From Eledone cirrhosa (lineage: Eukaryota): a DNA stretch of 64,000 nt. The notes beneath the pieces were generated by a model that was not told the origin of the DNA, searched no databases, and worked only from the letters and a program-made list of their open reading frames with translations. The translations under genes were made by a program, and so were the position numbers. Below are positions 58,047-64,000 of this stretch, in pieces. The stretch is taken from contig OZ024740.1 in the NCBI GenBank assembly GCA_964016885.1, forward strand, positions 314,774,001-314,838,000, written 5' to 3'. How positions within the stretch are numbered: the first letter of the stretch is position 1; every line of letters starts with the position of its first letter.

Positions 58047-59523
58047 TATCAAGGACATTCGTGATAATGTCACCCCTTGGACCATGGTCAATTTCGTGGC
58101 GCAATATGAGCACGTGGTCAATACCGATATGCAGCCGTGTAGAGCCACCATGGACATACAATTCCTTCATCAAGACCACCAAACAATCTCAGAGTTGTGT
58201 CCTGTAAAAAGATACTCTCCTCTCACCTGCAAAAAAAACAACAAAAAACATTCCAAAGGCAATTCGAAAGAGTGAGAAAAGGCCCATCTCCCATGAAGAA
58301 GAGACCCTCACTGGCAAGGAAAAAATATCTCCTTTGAAGGAAGCCGACTTGCTGTAAGTTTCCAGATCTTCGTAAGGCCAACAAAAGAGCAGATCAATTG
58401 TATAGCGATTGTTCCAAGACTTTCTAAACGAGATAGAGAACAAGGAACAGTTAGATCAAACTACAACCCCCCCCCCCCCCCAAAAAAAAAATAAAACATG
58501 GAAAAGATCAGTTTGTGATAAAGTGCTCAGATAATGTTTATATCTTACATATCAACCAACTGCATAGGCTCCTACTTGCTCCCCCTGACTCAAGATATTC
58601 TTTCAAGCATTAAACACTACATGGAGAGGTTAGAGTGGCTATATAATCAGGTTTGTGTGGTTCTCTGATCAACATAGGTGACGGGTTTCCCACTTACTGT
58701 CGGTAGTTTGTCTTAAAATCTTGGTTTTATTTATTGTATGTTTAATTATTTTATGTACTCTCGGGTCCCAAATAATAGGGGTGGAGTGGGGGAATCGGTA
58801 ATTGTATAGTGTACGTTCGTGTGTGTGTGTGTGGGGGGGGGGGGGGGGTAGACGGGAGGGGACTGTCAGTAATTGTATAGTGTACGTTTGTAAATATGGG
58901 ATTTCTTGTAATGTTCTTTTTTAATCATATATAACATTTTTTTTAATGTAAAATAAAATTATTAGATTTTCCAGCTGATGTATCGTTATGAATCTCAATA
59001 AAAAGTCGTCGGAGATAGATTAGCAAAATTTAATAGCGGGGGGAATGGGTGGATTGGAATAAAAGCGTGTGGGTGGAAACATCTGAAAATTTGATAAGCA
59101 GGGAGGAGGGGGGGGGGTTATCTAAGACCTGAGAGCATTTAATTATTTTACGCAATTATTTGTCTTTTCTATAATTTTTAAAATTTGTTTCTAACATTTA
59201 TTATATAACGTTTTTTCACCCTTCCGCCATTTAATATAACTTGCCTGCCCTCCTCCACACGTTTTGTGACCCCCTTTTAAAGGTTTTATGATTTTGTATA
59301 TATCAATGAAATTGTATGTAATTGCCCTCAGTGGCCAAATAAAGAAAATATTATTCTCATTATTGTTATTATTATTATTCTCACCACCACATCATCATCA
59401 ACACATCTTCCTCCTCATCATTATCATCATTACCGTCAACATCATCATCATCACATCCTCCTCACCTTGTCCTCATTATCATCATCACCATTATTATTAT
59501 TACTATTTTTATTATTAGGGAGG

Positions 59524-59880
59524 GAGGTGGATTGGCAGAATCGTTAGCGTGGATGAAATATATAGCAGCATTTCGTTATGGCCCTTTACATTCTAGTTTC
59601 AAATACCGCCGAGCTCAACTTTGCCTTTCATTCTTCCGAGGTCGATAAAATAAAGTACCAGTAATGCACTGGGGTCAATTTATTCAGCTCTCCCTTTCCC
59701 TTCAAATTGCTGGCCTTGTGCCAAAAGTAGAAATAATTATTACTTGCTATGTTGAATGTCGCCGAGGTTAGCTTTGTCTTTCATCTATAAGGTGTCGATA
59801 GAATCAAGTATCAGTAATCGATTTAATCGACTTACCCCTCCGCCAACATTGTTGGCCTTGTACTTAATCAGAATCCATTA
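59524..59880 (+). mobile_element. SINE A-type copy plus partial second copy
   Basis: gtggattggcagaatcgttag..ctttgcctttcattcttccgaggtcgataaaataaagtacc. Confidence 0.78.
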
Positions 59881-60829
59881 TTACTTGTTATGTAGTGAAG
59901 GCGTGTGACTGAGTGGTTAGAGAACTGGATTCGCAATCCTGAGGTTGTTAGTTCAATTCCTGGACCGGGCGATGCGTTATGTCCTTGAGCAAGACACTTT
60001 ATTTCACGTTGTTCCTTCTACCTGAAGTTGCGACCGATAGCAATTGGAAAGACAAACGGAAACATTGTTTCCTCGGTCCGATTTGACAAAAGTCGGTCGA
60101 CAAGTTTTTTCTATTTTTTAATGTTGTCCACACCCGATCATATTTTTTTCGAAGACTTCTCCATCTGAGCCTTTCATGTTGTTTTCAGGTGTCGTCGTTC
60201 GTTAGGTTCACCAACGAGAGCTTATGAATTCGATTCCGGGATCGGGCGGTACGTTGTGTCCTCGAACAAGACGTATTTCACGTTGTTTCAGTTTACACAG
60301 TTTAAAAAAATATGAGTTGCAACGTTACTGGTGCCAAACTGTATCGGCCTTTGTCTTTCTCTTGACCACGTCGGTAGGGTGAGACAGGTGTCTGCTGTGT
60401 AAGGCCACAAAACATCTAAGAACCTTCTGCCCAAAACAAAATATGCGGGAGAAGAGGCCATCGCTACTTCTGACAGTGCGACCCCAACAACAACAATAAC
60501 AGAAGCCAAATCCAACAGCAAAACCTCCAACTAGTGGAACTCTCAACACAGCTCCTTCTCTCTCTCATCTCTCTCTATATATGTATATATATATATATAT
60601 ATATCCCTATCTTTCTTTCTCTCAAACATAAACAAACATACGCACACACACACATGCGTACCCCTACCCTTATCCGAGTTGGTTTCTTCCGATATAGAAA
60701 CCTCCTCATCTCGTGATGATGGAGGAGGACCCCATCCCACCTACCCGATAGACAGGCACGAAAACAATTCCAAAAAGCTGATATATCGTCAATACCCTGC
60801 CGATACCAAACACACATATGCAACATCCT

Positions 60830-61348
60830 CGCCACCACCCCCACCAACAACAACGCCGTCACTACTACAACTACTACCACCTCCACCAGCACCACCACAA
60901 CCACCTCCACCGCCGCCACTACCACCACCACCAACAACAACAACCAACACCACCAACGCCGCCACTACCACAACTACCACTACCACTACCACCACAACCA
61001 CTACCACCACCATCACCAATCACCACCAACCACAACCAATCACCACCACCAACCATCACCACCACCAACAACGCCGCCACTACCACCAACCACCACCACC
61101 AACCACCACCACCAACCACCACCACCAACGCCACCACTACCAACATCACCACAACCACCAACCACCACCACCAACACCTCCACTACCAACATCACCACCA
61201 CCACCAACCACCACCACCAACCACCACCACCAACCACCACCACCAACGCCACCACTACCGCAACTACTACCACCACTATCACTACGACCACCAACCACCA
61301 CCACTATCAACGGCGCAACTACCACCACTACCAACCACCACCACCACT
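60830..61348. repeat. Degenerate (ACC)n/(ACT)n low-complexity tract
   Basis: Direct inspection. Confidence 0.9.
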
Positions 61349-62614
61349 TTGAGATTTACGCAGAATCACAGTGTGGCAACTAAACTACAACTTGGTTTTT
61401 GGCGGATCAGGATGGATGTGTGCTGCTCAACCAAATGTGAGCACATCGCTAAGCTGAGAAAACAAAACAAAAACAATCGGAATTCCCTAAGTAACGATGA
61501 GTGAATCGAGAGGAGTCCAAACATTGAATCTCGCCGTTGGCTGACATCATAGTGGGAGTTGTGACACATGGATCACACACGGTCGTCTGTTTCGGCGGAC
61601 TAGGTTTGGTCTGCCACCCATCGGAGCTGCAGAAAATGGGGATCATGCCCATACAAAGCTGAAAATGATAAGCTATTTACTTCAGCTCGAGAACTCTGCC
61701 ATTATAGAGGGTGGTTAACTCTGAGGTTAAATACTACAGCCAAAAAGTAATGGTGTGAGAAAGCTGAAAAGAATATGCATGCATGGTCACGTGACTCACG
61801 AGAGTCGTCGGGGCAACGGATTGACATATGGCGTTTCTTGGGCATTTTTCTAACCTGGCCGAGCCCATCTCCTCTCCAGGTCTTGATTGGTACATTTTTA
61901 TCGAGCTTGAATGGATGAAAGGCAAAATTGACCGCGGTGGGATTTGAACTCAGAGAGCCGAAACGAATACTGCAAAGCATTCTATTCGACGTTCTAATAT
62001 AATGTTTTCCTCAAACCATAAACCAAGTTTGAATGCATGTAACAGACAACCAAGGACCAGATGGTGGTGCTAAGCTGGAGAGGATGCTAGACACCCACCC
62101 TCAATACAGGATCTGGGCACATCATTTAGAAGGTAACTAAATATTCTAATAGTTTTAGTCCTTCCTTCTACAATTTCTGCTAACTTGCCGCCTCACCTAC
62201 ATTCACAGATTGTTTGAGAACAACCCACGTTCAGATAGCTAAACAAATAGCTGTGACGTCAGTAGTTCATATATTGTCATCGACACTTCAAGTATCTGTG
62301 ACCAGGGCTGTCAAGTGACTCGAACCTGACTATGCTTTGTAGGAACAAATTGCCACTCCAAACAGCAACGCCAAAACTTTATTATTGAAAGGAGGTTTTT
62401 AGCTCTCAGTGCTGAATCTAATTCCTTTCGTGGTTTCTGAGGACCCCATGGAAAGCTACTCCGGTATAATCTTCCCTAGAATCACTGTACAGAGACTACT
62501 TGTTCAGGCTCGCCCCAAAACCAATTAGGCATACGAAACTCGCTGATGAGGAGGATAATGTTCTTATGACATGGTGATGGGGGGGGGGGGGGGGTTCATA
62601 ACTACGTAAACGCT

Positions 62615-63065
62615 GATAATAATGATTGTGATGATGATGATGATGATGATAGACTTGACGGTGATGGTGACGATGATGATGATAGACTTGATGATGATGA
62701 TGATGATGGTGATGGCGATCACGATGATGATAGACTTGACGACGATGATGACGATGATGATGATGATAGACTTGACGACGATGATGGTGATGATGATGGT
62801 GATGACGATGATCATGGCGATGACGATGGTGATGATGATGATGATAGACTCGATGATGATGATGACGATGATGATGATGATAGACTTGACGACGATGATG
62901 AACTTGATGACGACGATGATGATGATGATGATAGACTTGACGATGATGATGATGGTGAAGATGATGATCACAGACTTGATGATGGTGATGATGATGATGA
63001 TAGACTTGACGACGACGATGATGATGGTGATGGTGAAGATGATGATCACAGACTTGATGATGACG
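62615..63065. repeat. (GAT)n-based compound repeat with recurring AGACTT interruptions
   Basis: gatgatgat-agactt-gay recurs about 10-12 times. Confidence 0.9.
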
Positions 63066-63245
63066 GACGACGGATACTTGAACTGTTTTTTCTTACCGGT
63101 GTTTAGGGGAAGTTATCTGAGAGTGAGGCTGAATACGGTGATTACAACAAAGATGTAGCTCACAATACTATCTGGCAGATCAAGGGATACAACTCTAAAC
63201 ATTTTTGTTTATTAAATTTAGTTTGCTCTTTATTATTTGTTTTTG

Positions 63246-63888
63246 TGGATTGGCAGTATCAGTAGAGGGTCGGACGCCATGCTTTCCAGCATAGTTACGT
63301 CCCTTTACGATCTGAGTTCAAATCCCGCCGAGGTTGACTTTGCCTTTCATCCTTACGAGGTCGATAAAATAAAGTACCAGTAATACACTGGGTAATTGCT
63401 GGCCTTGTGCCAAAAGTAGAAACAATTATTTGTTTTTAATCACTTTAATAACTTTGCCTTTCATCCTTACGGGGCCGATAAAATAAAGTACCAGTAATAC
63501 ACTGGGTAATTGCTGGCCTTGTGCCAAAAGTAGAAACAATTATTTGTTTTTAATCACTTTAATAACTTTGCCTTTCATCCTTACGGGGCCGATAAAATAA
63601 AGTACCAGTAATACACTGGGTAATTGCTGGCCTTGTGCCAAAAGTAGAAACAATTATTTGTTTTTAATCACTTTAATAACTTTGCCTTTCATCCTTACGG
63701 GGCCGATAAAATAAAGTACCAGTAATACACTGGGTAATTGCTGGCCTTGTGCCAAAAGTAGAAACAATTATTTGTTTTTAATCACTTTAATAACTTTGCC
63801 TTTCATCCTTACGGGGCCGATAAAATAAAGTACCAGTAATACACTAGGTAATTGCTGGCCTTGTGCCAAAAGTAGAAACAATTATTTG
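63246..63888 (+). mobile_element. SINE A followed by four tandem 114-bp copies of its 3' half plus flank
   Basis: aacaattatttg at 63421, 63535, 63649, 63763, 63877. Confidence 0.92.
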
Positions 63889-64000
63889 TGTTTAATCAGA
63901 TCACTGTGTAACTCATTTATGCACGAGAGAACCCTGAGATAAAACGCTATGCTACTATATATATTGTTAGTTTGAAACTGAGTTATTATAGTGGTTATTG

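Noticed and set aside
57923-58443. Cluster of 60-95 aa ORFs
   Set aside because: No recognisable motifs; partly overlaps a MITE.
60679-61504. Pro/Thr/His-rich mucin-like ORFs
   Set aside because: Degenerate (ACC)n that is open in most frames and switches residue type by indels.
62199-62320. Candidate exon 2 (cattcacag|ATTGT giving D-C in phase)
   Set aside because: Downstream residues (LRTTHVQIAKQ..) lack fibrinogen-domain motifs such as SGVY or VYCDM, and the frame stops after ~36 codons.
62622-63158. Poly-Met ORF and opposite-strand poly-Ile ORF
   Set aside because: Frames of the (GAT)n repeat.

Overview
AT-rich, microsatellite-saturated eukaryotic DNA. The SINE and repeat content looks like an octopod cephalopod genome (inference). 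Almost all short ORFs in the track are simple-repeat artefacts. Real coding signal: (i) one host first exon (42783-43512, +) with signal peptide, CSYT motif and coiled coil, probably an angiopoietin/fibrinogen-related protein, followed by an apparently >20 kb intron; (ii) a young 5'-truncated L1/Tx1-type ORF2 (6597-9697) inside a (TATC)n tract; (iii) decayed Penelope-like (GIY-YIG), R4/Dong, RTE, CRE, I-group and hAT fragments. There are many tRNA-derived SINE copies and three minisatellites (44, 39 and 36 bp units). The most striking unannotated signal is in the first ~32 kb: about ten predicted type-I hammerhead ribozymes from several unrelated sequence families and about a dozen long fold-back palindromes, mostly bounded by (TA)n. 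Seven fold-backs can be oriented by a ribozyme, and all seven point ribozyme-sense outward. In two the inverted arm starts at the predicted self-cleavage site. All structures were read by eye; no searches or folding were run.
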